Shown piece by piece: positions 26,726 to 40,904 of a stretch of 64,000 bases of DNA (positions within the stretch are counted from its first letter, which is position 1; every line of letters starts with the position of its first letter). The DNA comes from Octopus vulgaris. Lineage: Eukaryota. The notes beneath the pieces were generated by a model. It was not told the origin of the DNA and made no database searches. It worked only from the letters and a program-made list of their open reading frames with translations. Both the position numbers and the translations under genes were made by a program. The stretch spans positions 2,666,001 through 2,730,000 of the forward strand of contig OX597825.1 of the NCBI GenBank assembly GCA_951406725.2, in the 5' to 3' direction.

Positions 26726-27210
26726 GAAAGAAACAATCCCAAATGAAAATCTTTACGTTGTATTCCTCCAAACTATCAACTGATGACATTTCCCCTTCAT
26801 TTACATTAAAAAAGAAACACATAGAAGCAGGTTAACATATACAACTCCTCAAAGAAAGAAGCAAAATAAATTCTCGTTATTTTAATTGAATCATTTCGAA
26901 GCAGATTTCTTCAGAGAATGCTAATAAAGAATTCGTCTTCTGTCTTTTCGCTTGCCCACTTAGAATTCTAGGCAAGGGTTGAATTCTATGAGCAAGAGAA
27001 TCACAATCACAAGTAAAGCACACGCGTAAAATAAAGAAATGCAGAGAAAGAAAAAATTTCAAGTAAATGAACTGCAAATAATTGAATCAAATTGAGATAA
27101 AAAAGAAATTTAAAAGCAAACCATACGAATTTTTATCATGAAGAAATGTTTCCTTCCTCTTAATTTCCATTGCTAGCGGCTGTTTTCTTTCACTTAAGTC
27201 CATAACTTAC
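26726..27210 (+). pseudogene. IL-17-like relic
   Basis: Acceptor TTTGCAG 26725; FACPL; KKC; MNCK; ISIASGCF. Confidence 0.4.
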
Positions 27211-27214
27211 AGTT

Positions 27215-27850
27215 ATCGTTTTTTGTTTCTGTTGTTATAAAATTGTAAAACCGAAATAAATTTTGTTCTATTAATATCCCATCTTTTTCAAGTTTTTGCT
27301 TAATTAAAGGTTCAAGGATCAATTTAATCGCTTTTTTCTTGTTTGTCAGTGTTGCTTTTAAATTTACAAAAACTAAAAAAAAAAAATTCGAAACAAACAG
27401 CATAAGAGGAAATTTTCTCATAAATCTGCGATTCTTTAATGGCTTACCAAGCGAAATAAGACCAGCGCTTTTAAGCTTTTTTTGTGTTTTGTCATATTAG
27501 TACAAAAATATGATAAACAGTGGAAAAACAAATGGCTGTAGAAATTAACAAGTGATACTGAGAAGTTAGTCTGGCCGCTTCAGCCGCGTCCATGGGTAAT
27601 CAAATACCGATTGATTTTCGTTATTTTTCCTCTCTGTCTGCGTCGGTTGTTTCCAGTACTTTGTTTTTGGCCAGGTGAATTAACGAGTAATATATAAGTT
27701 AAACCTTTTTTAAGTAGAAATCCTTCTAGAAACAAGGAAAATTTGGTGTGTATTCAAATACGCCCTCCATTTGTAGCGGAGTCTTGAAATAATGAACGAC
27801 GTAGCTATTGGCATGTTTTCGAACATAAGCTTGGCATGCACTTACTAATA
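27215..27850 (+). pseudogene. IL-17-like pseudogene with a 100-bp insertion
   Basis: SIRGN/ICD..DQR; NLVCIQI; terminal NISLACTY (ACTC). Confidence 0.5.
27575..27675 (+). repeat. Direct copy of 25205-25304
   Basis: CCGCTTCAGCCGCGTC..GGGTAATCAAATACCGATTG..CCAGG is present at both sites. Confidence 0.9.
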
Positions 27851-27859
27851 TCATATAAT

Positions 27860-28087
27860 AGGGCCGGTTTCACAGTTACCTTGGCGTATAGGTTCCCCAT
27901 CTGGATGGGACGCCGGTTCGTCGCAGGTGAGCTGCAAGATGCAGTAGGCAAGAGTGAGAGAAAGTTGTGACGAAAGAGTCAGCAGTGTTTCACTCATAAA
28001 TACACGTATCGCCCGGTCTGAGATTCGATCCCGAAATCCTTCAATCGCGAGTCCGCTGCTCTAACCACTAGGCCATGTACCTCCACA
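27860..28087 (-). mobile_element. tRNA-derived SINE
   Basis: Reverse complement GGAGGTACATGGCCTAGTGGTTAGAGCAGCGGACTC..GATCGAATCTC has A/B boxes. Confidence 0.8.
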
Positions 28088-28249
28088 TTCAATAATTTAA
28101 ATGGGATAAATTTTGAAATTCTCTCAAAATACTACAAATTCCCCATGCAACATTTAATGAAAGTGATTAACTATGCTTGCATCCGTATCTACTGCAATAT
28201 TAGAATCATATTTTTTGAGACCAACAACGTGTAATCCATACAGCTTTAA

Positions 28250-28830
28250 TATAATGTCAAAGTTGAAACTAGCGTTCCTTGTAATATCAATGTATAAATC
28301 ACCATACGGAATGAAACCTTTAACCGATACTAAAGATTGCAAACAAAGTATTTTCTTTATTCCTTTTCAATTCTACACTGATATATTTTTACTATATTGA
28401 AATTCATACATCGACAAAGGTGCTTATTGCAATTATTGAATTACTTGAGAGGCGAACTATTATTCTATAAGAAAAAAGAAGGTACCTGTTGAACGTTGAA
28501 GACGATGCAATGTAAAGTAGTCATACTGCATTTATCTATATTCTCCCGAATATATTAATTCGCGCTTGTATCTGGCAAGAAAATTACTTTTCTGACCTTT
28601 AATGCGAAGAATTCTAATAGATCTAGTTTTCAACTGGTACACGCTGCTATTATTTGTACGTGCAATGTTATATGTGTTACTTAGCGATATTTCAGTGAAT
28701 GTTGCTATGGTATCTGTAGATTTCAGATTCCACATTGTGTTATATTTTTCCAAAGAAGTTGTTTGATTGGGGTGTTCTAAAGTTTCCAGTGATTGTGCAA
28801 AAATGTCTTGAAATAGTTTAACGAATTTAC
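28250..28830 (+). pseudogene. IL-17-like pseudogene
   Basis: Signal MSKLKLAFLVISM..KDCK; IRACIW; NSNR..LVHA..CTC..IC; EC..QIP..QRSCLIGVF. Confidence 0.55.
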
Positions 28831-29203
28831 ATACAATTTTGAAGGAGGTCTTACACTATTTTCAGATGGTCTTCAACAACAGTCTTTTGTGGTTATCAAT
28901 AACCTATGTACTTCCTCTATAGATGGCCTTTCTATTCCTACACATCCGCTTTCTTTGAGTTCCTATCTTCCCTGTAAATCTCTAGAATTACTCTTGGACG
29001 TTGTCGCATTATCATGTTTAAAATTAATTTCTTCACAGTGTTTAAAATACGAATAGACAATATACTGAGTACGCTAGCGTAGACTTGTATTTAGGGGGAC
29101 GGGGAATAGTCTTATTTCAAAATGTAGCGTTTAAATACTGTACTAGATGGATATAAGTAAGTTGCACTTTTTCCGTTGTTTAGATGATTATACTAAGCAG
29201 TAC

Positions 29204-29498
<295 letters not shown>

Positions 29499-29564
29499 GT
29501 TTAAATATTTGTTGTGCAAGATTTTTTTATTGGCTAAACTGGCAAAATGACTATTCCGAAATAT

Positions 29565-29623
<59 letters not shown>

Positions 29624-29629
29624 ATTGCT

Positions 29630-29940
29630 GTATTCATGGAAACATCACTGGTCGCAATTATGTGATGATTTCAGTGATTTACGTTGGGGGAAAAATATAT
29701 AATAGAAAATGTTACATATTGCTCTCTTAAACTGTCATGTGCACAATACATATTTTCAATCTTTGCGTTTTAAATATGATGCGTTTTTCCATGCACCCAG
29801 ATGCAATATGCAGTTCAGAAAACGTTAAACAAGAACAGAAGAATATACTTCAGAAACACTTAGTGTCTATTTTTGTTTCAGAGCAAGATTTCCGAGAGTT
29901 ATTGGAATGAACCCGTAGCATTATTTGTAAAGCATGTTCA
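29630..29940 (+). pseudogene. IL-17-like relic
   Basis: ITGR/LCD; IYNRKCY; MRFS..DAICS. Confidence 0.35.
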
Positions 29941-30374
29941 GAATAGTGCGGAATTCCGTTGATAAAATGCCAAACTAGCACTTGGTTGCATTAGCCTACT
30001 AACCCAAATTTCAGGCTTTGGGCCTATGTTACAAACACACATACGACTTTTGATTGAAAGAATAATTAATGGATCGGTAATCAAGTAAACAGTTTCAACA
30101 TCGTTTCAAACTATTCATTTCGGATTTTACATGCTTTTTGTTCAAATCACGCTGTTGTGAGATTTACATCTCGTCATTCCGGAGAGGGGAAATCGAAATC
30201 TCATTCAGGTGAAATACAATTTATTCCAACAACAATATACTTCTAATGCTTATGTTAGAAACCATTATTAATATAGAAATGTGGGAAAATAAAAAAAAAT
30301 ATCATATTAGGAATCGATGCATTCGCAGCGGATTTCTTCGCAGTTTCCAAGGAAGTTTGGGGGTAATTTTTTGC

Positions 30375-30632
30375 AAGAAGAAAAAGAAGAAATAGGAGGA
30401 GAAGAAGAAGAAGAAGAAGAAGAAGAAGAAGAAGAAGAAGAAGAAGAAGAAGGAAAAGAAGAAGAAGAAGAAGAAGAAGAAGGAGAAGAAGAAGGAAAAG
30501 AAGAAGAAGACGATGATGATGATAAAGAAGAAGAAGGAGAAGAAGAAGAAGAAGAAGAAGAAGAAGAAGAAGAAGAAGAAGAAGAAGAAGAAGAAGAAGA
30601 AGAAGAAGAAGAAGAAGAAGAGGTAGAAGAAG
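30375..30632. repeat. (GAA)n microsatellite
   Basis: Direct inspection. Confidence 0.95.
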
Positions 30633-30659
30633 AGCTTCTGCCAGCTCGCCACCATCTTT

Positions 30660-30985
30660 CTCTTTTTAATTAAAGGATAATAATTTAGGAAACTTGCTTT
30701 TTGCTCGATCATTTAGAAGTGCTTCAGGGCAGGGAGATGTCAATGCTGTGTTCGTAATTCTGTTTCTCTTTCATTTGCTTTGGTCTAAATGGTTACGAAA
30801 CATGGGTGGCAGTGGCAGTGCTTATGTTACGCATGGACAGTGTTCCTCATCACTCCCTGACATAAAATCGGTTGTTACATCAACACAGAACTATTTTACT
30901 TATCTTCTTCACGATGGTCAATACTTTAATCATCCTAACTATATGTTCATCTTATTCAACATTGCCTACCATTTGCCGCTATTCT
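30660..30985 (+). pseudogene. IL-17-like relic
   Basis: In one frame: LFARS..GDVNAVFVIL; GQC..I; HDGQY..P; IAYH. Confidence 0.4.
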
Positions 30986-31029
30986 TAGCATTAATATATT
31001 TATCATTTGTTAAGCCTCACAACGAATCT

Positions 31030-31145
31030 TCATCATCATCATCATCATCATTATTATGGTCGTCGTTGCTGTCATCGTCATACCCGTCGCCACCGCCGCC
31101 TCTATCATCATCAACATCACCATCACCGTCACCACCATCACCATC

Positions 31146-31193
<48 letters not shown>

Positions 31194-31266
31194 CAATCAT
31201 CATCGTCGTCATCATCATCAACATCATCATCATCATCATCATCATCATCGTCGTCATCATCATCAA

Positions 31267-31307
<41 letters not shown>

Positions 31308-31308
31308 A

Positions 31309-31352
<44 letters not shown>

Positions 31353-31850
31353 CCAGTACAGAACCATTATCACAGTTATGCATAATATCCTCATGCACAT
31401 TTAACATCTACATTGTCATTCATATCAATCATATCAATCAACATCATCACAGATGCAAAGTTGTCTATCAGCATCGCATTATCTCATATCAGCTGTATCA
31501 ACGTTACCACCGTTATTATACCATCATCATCCTCTTCATCTTCATCGTTATCACTCTTGTTATCGACGTCGTTATCGTCTTCCTCATCGTCTCCATCGTC
31601 AGTATTATCATCCTCTTCGCATGGTTCTCACACGCACTTTTGCAATGGAGACAGTAATTGATGTAAAGAAAAAAAATCTAATAATAATAATAAAAGCAAT
31701 AAAAATAATAAACATAGCAACAACATTGACGATGATGATAATGATGATGCTTATGATGATGATGATGATGATGATGATGAAGATGCTGATGCTGATGATA
31801 ATAACAACAACAACACCACCACGACCACCACCAACAACAACAACAACAAC

Positions 31851-31943
<93 letters not shown>

Positions 31944-31950
31944 AAGAAGG
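31030..31950. repeat. Compound (CAT)n/(GAT)n/(AAT)n/(AAG)n tracts
   Basis: Direct inspection. Confidence 0.9.
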
Positions 31951-32139
31951 GGACAGCAACAATAACAGCCAAACAGCTATTTAAGTTGGTCTTCCTTATA
32001 TCACTCAAGTAACCGATTCCTACTTTATTACCTCAATAATATGATAAAAGTGGTTTTGAATTCCATTCTTTCATGATATATTTCCTTTTCAAATTGATAT
32101 ATTTGAATCTATTAACAATAAAATATATTTGGTAATAAA

Positions 32140-32570
32140 TCATCCTCGAAGCATAAAAACATCATGTTTAACATCATTTGGTACGAAAATGGAGTAGTAA
32201 AACCAATTTTACAGCAAATGTTATAATTTTGCAATCGTTTTGACCATAGATTTACTAAGATTTGAAATAAAATTAAAAGTGTCAAACCAGAAATGTTTGA
32301 TTTAGAGTTTTACACAAAATACATTTTGAATTAATATATGTATTTATGTCTGTGTGCATACAGGTATGCATTTATATATTTGTGAACGTATGTATACATG
32401 AAATATATGACAGAATGTACGAATGTATAGTCGTTAGTGTGTCCTGGCAGAATTTTAGGAATGGTAATTGCAATAGTTATGGAAATACCAGTATATAACA
32501 GTTACTATAATTTATTGTTCCGTAGAGGTCAGATTTATATGTTCGTATATCATTATGTCTCATATAAGGC
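32140..32570 (+). pseudogene. IL-17-like relic
   Basis: KTSCL; SKCY..VLTIDLLRF..L..KCL; PVYNSY..LFRR..FVYHY. Confidence 0.5.
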
Positions 32571-33047
32571 AGCAAATTCATTCGGCAATCGTTAGAAAAC
32601 TTAACGGAACTCATCCTTGTTACGTCTCACCAAATTCAAAACTCACTTCATTCTTCTTTGCTTTATATCACATTTATGGATGTTTAGCCACAAACGTATG
32701 CACGCAGAGATCAATATACCGATATATACATACACACCTACAAACATACATATATACGTACATATATAACTAGACAGATAGACAGACAGACAGACATACT
32801 GACATATAGATAGAAAGATAGGTAGAAATATAGATAGATAGTTCATGTAGACAGAGTGAGAGAGATATAGATTTCATTTGCTTCTCTCTACATTTGCATC
32901 CACATGCACATTTATGCTGATTTGTACGCACACAAACATACACACACACACACACACACACAAACACACACATGTTAATGTAGAACGATGGAAATGAGTG
33001 CTCAGAATCGTATTGGTTGAGAATTATTTTTTTATTTGTTACTTCAG

Positions 33048-33640
33048 GCTATCATTGGTTTTTTGCCAGGAAATTTGAAAATACGCAATTGTCTTTAAAT
33101 TTTTTCTAGCTGATCAGAAGGAAAAACACACAGATTCGTTCAGTTCATGCGAAGTCTCGTAAAAGAAACAAGCATATCTTGAATGTTTGCCCCCATTCGA
33201 TTTATCTTTTGAGCAAAGTGTTATGTGGTCAATTTATTTGCATTATCTTGTCATTCTAATCTCTCACAATGATTATACCTCGCGTCTGCTCCCAGCCTTT
33301 CATTCACTCATTTCATTGTGAATTTCTGTTGCCATTCTGTTTGCTCGAAGTAAATCACCTTTAATCAGGCAAATATATTATCGAAAACGGTGCTTTCGAA
33401 AGGAGACGTCTTGTATAACATTGTTTGTATACTTACACAGACGCCAACGTGTCACTCTTGTCACCGGACAATTTTGAACCAGTGAAGACATTATTTAGCT
33501 ATTGAATTGGAAATTTAGCTATTGCTCAAATGGTGAAGATATCTTTCCTTTTTCAGGGTCTCAAGTTTATGAGGTGACAATTTGTGTGGTATTTGTGTGT
33601 GTTGCTTGTATCTGTATGTTGAGTGCCTCGGTTTGTATAA
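33048..33640 (+). pseudogene. IL17: IL-17-like pseudogene
   Basis: Acceptor TTCAG 33047; LFARSKSP (33337); IVC..TC; NFEPVK (33470); SGSQVYE..VCVACICM (33601). Confidence 0.7.
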
Positions 33641-34064
33641 TATTATGTTCTATTGCGGCTGTGTTGTTATAATTTTAGGGCTGTTTCAGAGCTGCTTTCC
33701 AGCGATTCATGATGAACATTTGGCTATCATTTCCAATAATTCGATTTAGGAAATAGTGTTATTTTACACACTTCGATTTTAAAGGAAAAAGATTCAAAAA
33801 TATATATTAAAGATGCAATAAAATGCGCAATATCCTAATATACATACAGTCACGCAGAGAACAAATAGAATGAGGAGGAAAATTTTTAAACCACTGAACG
33901 CTATATTTATGATAGTCAAGTACTTTAGAAACATCATTAATTTTTGTTTGTTGCTTCACTTTCTAAGATGTTTTCGAATTTATGAGTTGGTAAAATTCCA
34001 GATTAAATGTGTAAAGGAAACCATATTCACTGGTTAAAATTGCTTAAGTATATTCTAATAAACC

Positions 34065-34654
34065 GTAAAAGAATAATAATATGAATCGATGGCACAAACG
34101 ATATTTTGCTATTTTGTTTCGGGTATATTTTCTACTTTTTTGCAGATGTTTGAATGTTAAGTTAAGCGTCAATGTTTTCTAACTTGCTAAAATATTGCCA
34201 AGCACTGACAAATCTCCACTTAAATACAATAACCTATACACTTTTTGGCACTGACAAAGAGATATGCTGTTATATCAGATTAAACATTCCATTTGTTGAG
34301 TTAAAAAAAAATTGCCCTTTCTACTTCACTTTTCTATTCAAAAGTCACTCTCTGCTTGAATTGTTATTTTCCTTTCCAGTCTGGAGTATTCACGCAATAA
34401 CTGTTTTCTTTTACTGTTTTCAGTTATTGAAAGAGGACCATTCTGTCACTTTAAATTCAAGGCTCCAACAGATTTCATTATAGTATCACATTTTCTTTGA
34501 ATTATAATTAATTAAATTACGTAGACGAACTTGTGTTATAAAGTCACAATTTAGAGATTCATAAAGAAATACCATAATCTGTATTTCACGACACTGTTCT
34601 TCCATGTTTTTGTCTATTACGGCATCGTGTTTTTGTTTTCCGGCAACCGTATGA
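34065..34654 (+). pseudogene. IL17: IL-17-like pseudogene (best frame preservation)
   Basis: GT 34065, AG 34145. Frame 34172-34654 has three internal stops: KYCQ..EIC..KNCPFYF..FPV..IHA..YC..LNSR..LRRRTCV..ITASCFC. Confidence 0.7.
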
Positions 34655-34859
34655 GTAGTACAATGTTATGTAATGTATGTTTTTGATTTTGTAACACTTC
34701 GATGCTTTTTTTAGAGGATATTTTGTTGTTAGTTTTCGGTTTGTAAAGGGGGCTGACAGAAATGCACACTCATTGTATAATACGATTGTTATATACAAAT
34801 TATTCAGTGTTAGATTAAGAGTAATATAATATGGCATGAAGTCAAAATATATGTAGTTG

Positions 34860-35210
34860 AAGGTGAAGAATTAAGTTTCAATACACAATTCATCCCCACT
34901 TCATCAATCTCTTTCGTTTATAAAACTTGAGTGTAAACAAGAAAGTTTCTATGACTTAATAGCATAAACGTCATTGTGCGATACTTCACTTATCGTCAAG
35001 TTTGAAGAATGATATTCGGAAACTAACTTTTAATTAAAATGGTTTAGTGGAGTGTAGAAGAAGGAATCGGTTACAAATTGCAGAATGGTCTTGAGTAAAA
35101 ATTCTCTCGTGGTTTAATTGCCTCTTTATTGTGCAAAGTACGACGATAAATTACTGGGATATGATTTAATTTATTGTAGTCTAAAGTGGTGTTTTCCAGC
35201 ACACAAAGAA
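34860..35210 (+). pseudogene. IL-17-like relic
   Basis: LECK..TSLCD; LVEC; TNCRMV; YCA; KWCF. Confidence 0.35.
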
Positions 35211-35575
35211 ATCGAGCGTTTAATAGCAGAGAACGACTTGAAGTATACTTTTTTTGAGAGACTTCCGTTTATTCGGTTGTAAGATAAAGATGCAAATAGA
35301 TAAAGCCATGTTTATGGAAAATAGACGATAATATGGAAAACGCAAAAGAAAAAAACTCAAGATAACACGAAAGGTGTTTTAAATAATAAATATAATATGA
35401 ATGCACTGAATGGGATATTTAATATATCAGTATAACTCTTCCATAATGCCTGTAAGTGTTATGATTAAGAATACTTAAGTAGGTGTTTACTCATTGCTTG
35501 CAAATACTTCAACAAGCTTGGGAGAATTGATACTTCACTGAAGAACATCCAAACCAAACAAGGATCCGCAACAAC

Positions 35576-35663
35576 AAAGCATATATATCTAAATATTGTC
35601 ACATATCCCAGATGATAAAAAGCATATATATCTAAATATTGTCACACATCCTAGATGATAAAA
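35576..35663 (+). repeat. 43-bp tandem duplication
   Basis: AAAGCATATATATCTAAATATTGTCACA(T/C)ATCC(C/T)AGATGATAA, two copies. Confidence 0.9.
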
Positions 35664-36849
35664 TGAAAAATATAAGAAAAATAACAAGAAAAATACTATA
35701 ACATATTTCGCCGCTGAAAGCCGTTATTCCTTAAGTGAGTTTTGGCAATATACTTTACTCCTTTTGGTTATAAAATATGCTTTTAGTTTTGCTTTTAAGT
35801 TGGAATTCTACCAATTCAGAAATGGGTTAACACATCTTTGCACAGTAATCAAGAAATAGACATAGAGGTAAGTTAAATATGTTTATGAACATATGAAGAT
35901 ATTTTTATTAGATTTACTACACGAAGTATTTACTTAATGTTTTCTGTCCTTTATCGATGCAAGGCGAGATTCAATGCTGGGGATCGTTTCTTGCTGTTCT
36001 GTAACTGTTAATATTTCACTTAGAATTCTTCAGCTCAACAATTTCTTCTGCAATCACTATCAATTTTGTCCTGCCATATTCCTCAAACCTTACTACAAGA
36101 ATTGAATGGATCCACACAGTGAAACCATGTGATTGGGAGGCAACGTTCTTATCATACGGTCACACAGAAATATATATATAACTTCTGACATCATAATATG
36201 AAGAATGAACCGAAAGAAAAAAACTAAATAACAAAGAAAAACTTTCAGTATTATGGATTTTCAGGACCAATGAAACAGAAAAGCAAAAGAGAAAGAGTCT
36301 TTTGACGTTTCGGAATTGAACACTACATCAGAAGAAAGAAGGAAGGAGCAAAGTAAGGTGAGGGGCAGGAGATGAGCAAAAAAAATAATTGTTGGCGGTC
36401 GGGTTTCAATAGAGTTATATACTGAGGAGTAAACGAATAGTTGAGATTTGCGTACTTACACAGAAAGTATGTGTATGAAAGTGTGTGCGTGAGTGTGTGT
36501 GAGTTTCTAATATAGGCACAGGCGTTGCTTTGTTACAAGACGGTAGCTTCCTTAGTAAATGGCTTCAAACCTGGGCATGAGTCTTTTACTATAGCATCCG
36601 GCCAAACAACGCGTTTTGACTATATTGCATAGACGGAAACTGAAAGAAAACTAGCATGCATATATGTATGTGTGTTTATTTGTCTGTCTGTATGTATGTA
36701 CGTGTGTATGTATTCACATGTATGCTTCTATTTCCTTTTGCTTGTCCACCCTCAGCGCTTGTCAAACGTTCTCGTTCTGTTAACGCTTCCATACCTCACC
36801 GACTAACCACAAAAGACAGAACAAATACCGACGCAGAACAGCATAATCA

Positions 36850-37206
36850 CCCTTCTTCAAAGTGGTGGGAAGAGGCGTGTAATATTGTTGTCGCTTCGAA
36901 ATCCATCAAGTGGACACCAAATTTATGATGGCTGCACGACTGTTGATTATAAGTTTGCCAGCATTTTTTTTCAAATAATGAATTAGAATGCAATATATTA
37001 ACCACCGATTAACCTATAAAGCGAACAATACAATTGAAAATGTCGAAGAAAAATGTATGCATTATCTAACCTGCTAAATGTATCATTGAAATTTCTCCAA
37101 AGTCAGACATCATCGTATCATATGAAAGAAGAAATGTTTGTAATAGACTATTCTTGGGTAGTGGAAGGGGTATCCCTACACGGCAGCGAAATGGGTGCTG
37201 TTTATA
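36850..37206 (+). pseudogene. IL-17-like relic
   Basis: EAC; KCMH; AKCI..IIV..RRNVC; NGCCL. Confidence 0.35.
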
Positions 37207-37869
37207 GTAGTTCGCAAGCGGCGAAGCAGCAGCAGTGCGGTGCCAACCGCAACAACAGCAGGAATCCCATCAAGGAAATGAACAAACATCTATAGATTAG
37301 TAAGGATAAAATAAACAAATCAGTGTAAAAGCACACTGTAGGGAAATTAACAAAAAGAAAACGACATGAATTATACACTGCGTGAAAAGGCAGGATGGTC
37401 ACATATTAAGTGATTTTTTAATGTTATTAAAATGATGAGTGTATGAGGAAGTGTCTATAATGTCACCTGATTTAATAAACATCTACCCACACTTTCCAAA
37501 GAACGAATGGCACACTATAACTTATAAGAAGACGGAATTCTAACCACGTTTCGTGATTCGCTACCACGACATCATCTTTATAGGATGCAGTGGCGAAAGA
37601 CTTCATCAGGAAGAACCACGTCCGGTTTCGGTCCCTACCACTCTACCGTTTTCGACGGGGTGTTCCCCACCCATGGTGTTCGAAGGTGTTTTCAGTTCTG
37701 GTGTTGAGTGTTTTCTTTTCGTTCCCCTTTTTTAATTTGGTTTCTTCGATGCAGAGTCAACGAATGTCAGCGAGCGAATGACCTTCTTGCCAAGTTCTCC
37801 TTTAAATACTCACCGGTAGGCGACAGCTGCTAACTGTCACGTGACACTAAGCTTCAAGTGACAAATTCC

Positions 37870-38010
37870 GTATTCTTGACATCAATACCATTGTATGTAT
37901 GTTTATGCAGTAAGTATCAAAATACGGATCACCAGAGTGCCGGAGAGCCGTGTGTAACATTAGGGAAACAAAGATTTAGTGCAAGAGGGAGTGAGAAATT
38001 GAGATAATGA

Positions 38011-38045
<35 letters not shown>

Positions 38046-38230
38046 CGAAAAGCTGTTATTTTTAGTCAATGTGGGGCACATCGACAACAACAACAGAACA
38101 GGATTGCATTCACATAAATTAATTCCAACCAATCGTCCTTAATGAAAATAGAAACAAAAGACAACATGATGAGAATAAGTTCTGAGGTCAATTGACGATA
38201 CAGTTCTAGTTATTTGTGAATCTACATGCA
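37870..38230 (+). pseudogene. IL-17-like relic
   Basis: LCSKYQNTD/TRVPES; DCIH..QPIV; TVLVICES. Confidence 0.35.
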
Positions 38231-38648
38231 CAGAGCGAGAAACACAAACAGCCATACATGGATACATCCATGCATGCATGAATACGTACATACATAAATA
38301 CATGCATGCATGCATACATATACATATACGCACCGAAATATATACACACACATATATACAAAGAGAGAAAGAGAGAGATATGGAAAGAGAGAGAGAGAAA
38401 GAACGAGAGATGTGTATATGTGTATCTATGTATTTTTTGTGTGTGTATATATGTATGAATGTATGTATTTGTGTACGTATGTCTATCACCTGTGAACAAT
38501 AGAGACGTCTCCTGATTTAAAACATCTGCTTAGAATAAAAGAATAAAAGAATTACATAAATTTGAAAATTTTCAAAACAATTTCATGTATTGTTTTATTG
38601 ATATTTTCTATTTTTATTTGCGTATACATACATACATACATACATACA

Positions 38649-38718
<70 letters not shown>

Positions 38719-39190
38719 ATACATATATATATAAATATATGTGTGTGTGTGTGGGTGTGTATATGTACATGTATATATCTACACACACACACATATATAT
38801 ATGCATGTACATATATGCATATACATATATACTCATATGGTTATCTGTTTATACATTCTCCAAAGAATCTTAATCCAAATTGTTTTGGAAAATTGCTATG
38901 GAAACGCAGCTGCAATAAAACATTTTACAATTCTGATTTGAGTTTCTTCTACAATTATTATCTCAATCACTTTCAAACAAACAAAAAATGTTTTTTTGTG
39001 ATTGCTGCGTCTATAAAGTATAAATATATATATAAAAACAAAGATAAAAACAAAACGAAAAGATTATTAGAAATGTTTGGTGGTTCTGACAATCATGATG
39101 ACATTTATAATGATGCTTATGATACAGATGATGATGGTGATGATGATGATGATGGTGATGACGATGATGATGATGATGATGGTGATGACG

Positions 39191-39222
<32 letters not shown>

Positions 39223-39485
39223 GACGACGATGATGATGACGATGATGGTGATTGCTATAATGATGATGTTGACGACGACCGCGACGATGAGGACGGTGGG
39301 AAGTTGAATGATGAGGACGGCGAGGAACATGATTCCAACAATGGTGACGATTGAAGTAAGTGACTAGAAAGCATTAGAAATTGTCAGACAGAATAAAACT
39401 CAAACAGATGGAAATGATATTGTGTCGGGCATGTGGCTAAAATATCTGATATTCATAGATTAACTTGCATTTATATTTAACCGTT

Positions 39486-39524
<39 letters not shown>

Positions 39525-39589
39525 GGAGTGTGTGTATGAGAGAGAAATAAAGTGACAGAGAGAGAGAGAGAGAGAGGAGAGAAAACGAA

Positions 39590-39800
39590 ATATTTCCGCG
39601 CAAGATATGCCACATTACATCTATATATTTAGTTTTCTCTGAAATAATACTACAAGTTAAAAAGAAAGCAATTCGATGTCTTTTGCTCGTCGATCCTCTA
39701 TACTTGGAAATATAGACGGCTGTGATTATACCTAATGACAAATTTTGGATTATAACCAATGCTTTGTATTATACCTAATAACAAATAAGATTGATTTCTT
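39590..39800 (+). pseudogene. IL-17-like relic
   Basis: PRKICH..FSEIIL..RCL..PLYLEI; IDG..Y. Confidence 0.35.
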
Positions 39801-39868
39801 TTGTCGTAAAGACAAATGTTATCTCCAAAAACCTACAGTTCAATAATTTTATTTTGCACAGTATACAA

Positions 39869-40215
39869 TCATCATCATCATTGTTCGACCGTGGTCGAGA
39901 CAATGGAATTTACCATGCTACGCCAGACTTCACGGTCCATCATGGCATTACGGAGGTCCTGTTGCTGGATGCTTGTATCCCAGGAGATTACATCAGGGTA
40001 GGAGAGTGTGCGCCCTCTGGTATCGCGAGTAGATGGCTTCCAGAGGGGAAGAGTAGAAATTACTTCTTTTTCAGCTCTACAACAATGACCAGCAAACTGG
40101 ACTCTCCTACCTTTCACAAGAGATGACACAGGTGGTAGTTTCCCATATATTTGCATTTTGGTTGGATGGCGCTTCCACGAGAGATTTTGAGCTCTCATAA
40201 GGAGGCGAGTGTATA
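39869..40215 (-). mobile_element. RTE-type LINE 3' end
   Basis: YTRLLMRAQNLSWKRHPT..RRVQFAGHC..MMDREVWR with a (TGA)n tail. Confidence 0.85.
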
Positions 40216-40229
40216 CAAACTGAAACTTC

Positions 40230-40780
40230 CAAAAACGGGGGAACATCCATTTCAGCGCAAATTGCAAAGGTTATCATTGCATGACTGTGCCACTCATACT
40301 GGTACAAAACGGTTGAGCTACAAACCAATCTCGAAATATTTTTTTCTTCTCGTCTCCAAATTAAAATTCAATAAAATCACAGTATTTATTCCCGTTTCCT
40401 GTTTTCGCATATCAACTTCCGTCACAGTCAACTTTATCTTTCTCCCATCAGTTGATCGACAAAAAGTAGCAATTAGGACACTGGAAAGTTAGACTGTTTC
40501 ACCGAAGTTTTGCATTATTCTTCTCTTCCTACGAATATCAAAATACCCCGTCTACTACAAGTGTGTAACACCACCTATCGCCCTGCTAGACGTAACCACT
40601 CATCACTGCTTAAGAAATATCTTCTCCATATAAGCATTCGTATCAAGCTTCAATTTCAAAGTTAGTTTGCTCTATTCCTGCAACCATTCAAACAAGACCT
40701 GAAAAAACAATGGAAAATATTAAATTTTTTACATCCAAGGTAATAAAACCATGATGGGAGTATCCTGAACGTTTCGGACG
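40230..40780 (+). pseudogene. IL-17-like pseudogene
   Basis: GKLDC..PTN; YPVYY; YRPAR; NNGKY..QG..GVS*TF (40760, cf. VSCTC). Confidence 0.5.
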
Positions 40781-40904
40781 TTCACTCATCACGGAACAGA
40801 TATCCTGGAAACCCAAGCATCTACGAGCAACTTTTGAGATTTTGATACTTTTTATGCTATGAAACTATTTGTCAACCATTTTAAAGCGTTACATACATTT
40901 TTTT

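Noticed and set aside
27860-28087. tRNA gene
   Set aside because: A/B boxes run into a SINE body and there is no complete cloverleaf.
28154-28810. Minus-strand exons resembling a NIDO domain and a furin site (FIPYG; RYKR)
   Set aside because: No usable donors or further exons, and the + strand fits an IL-17 relic better.
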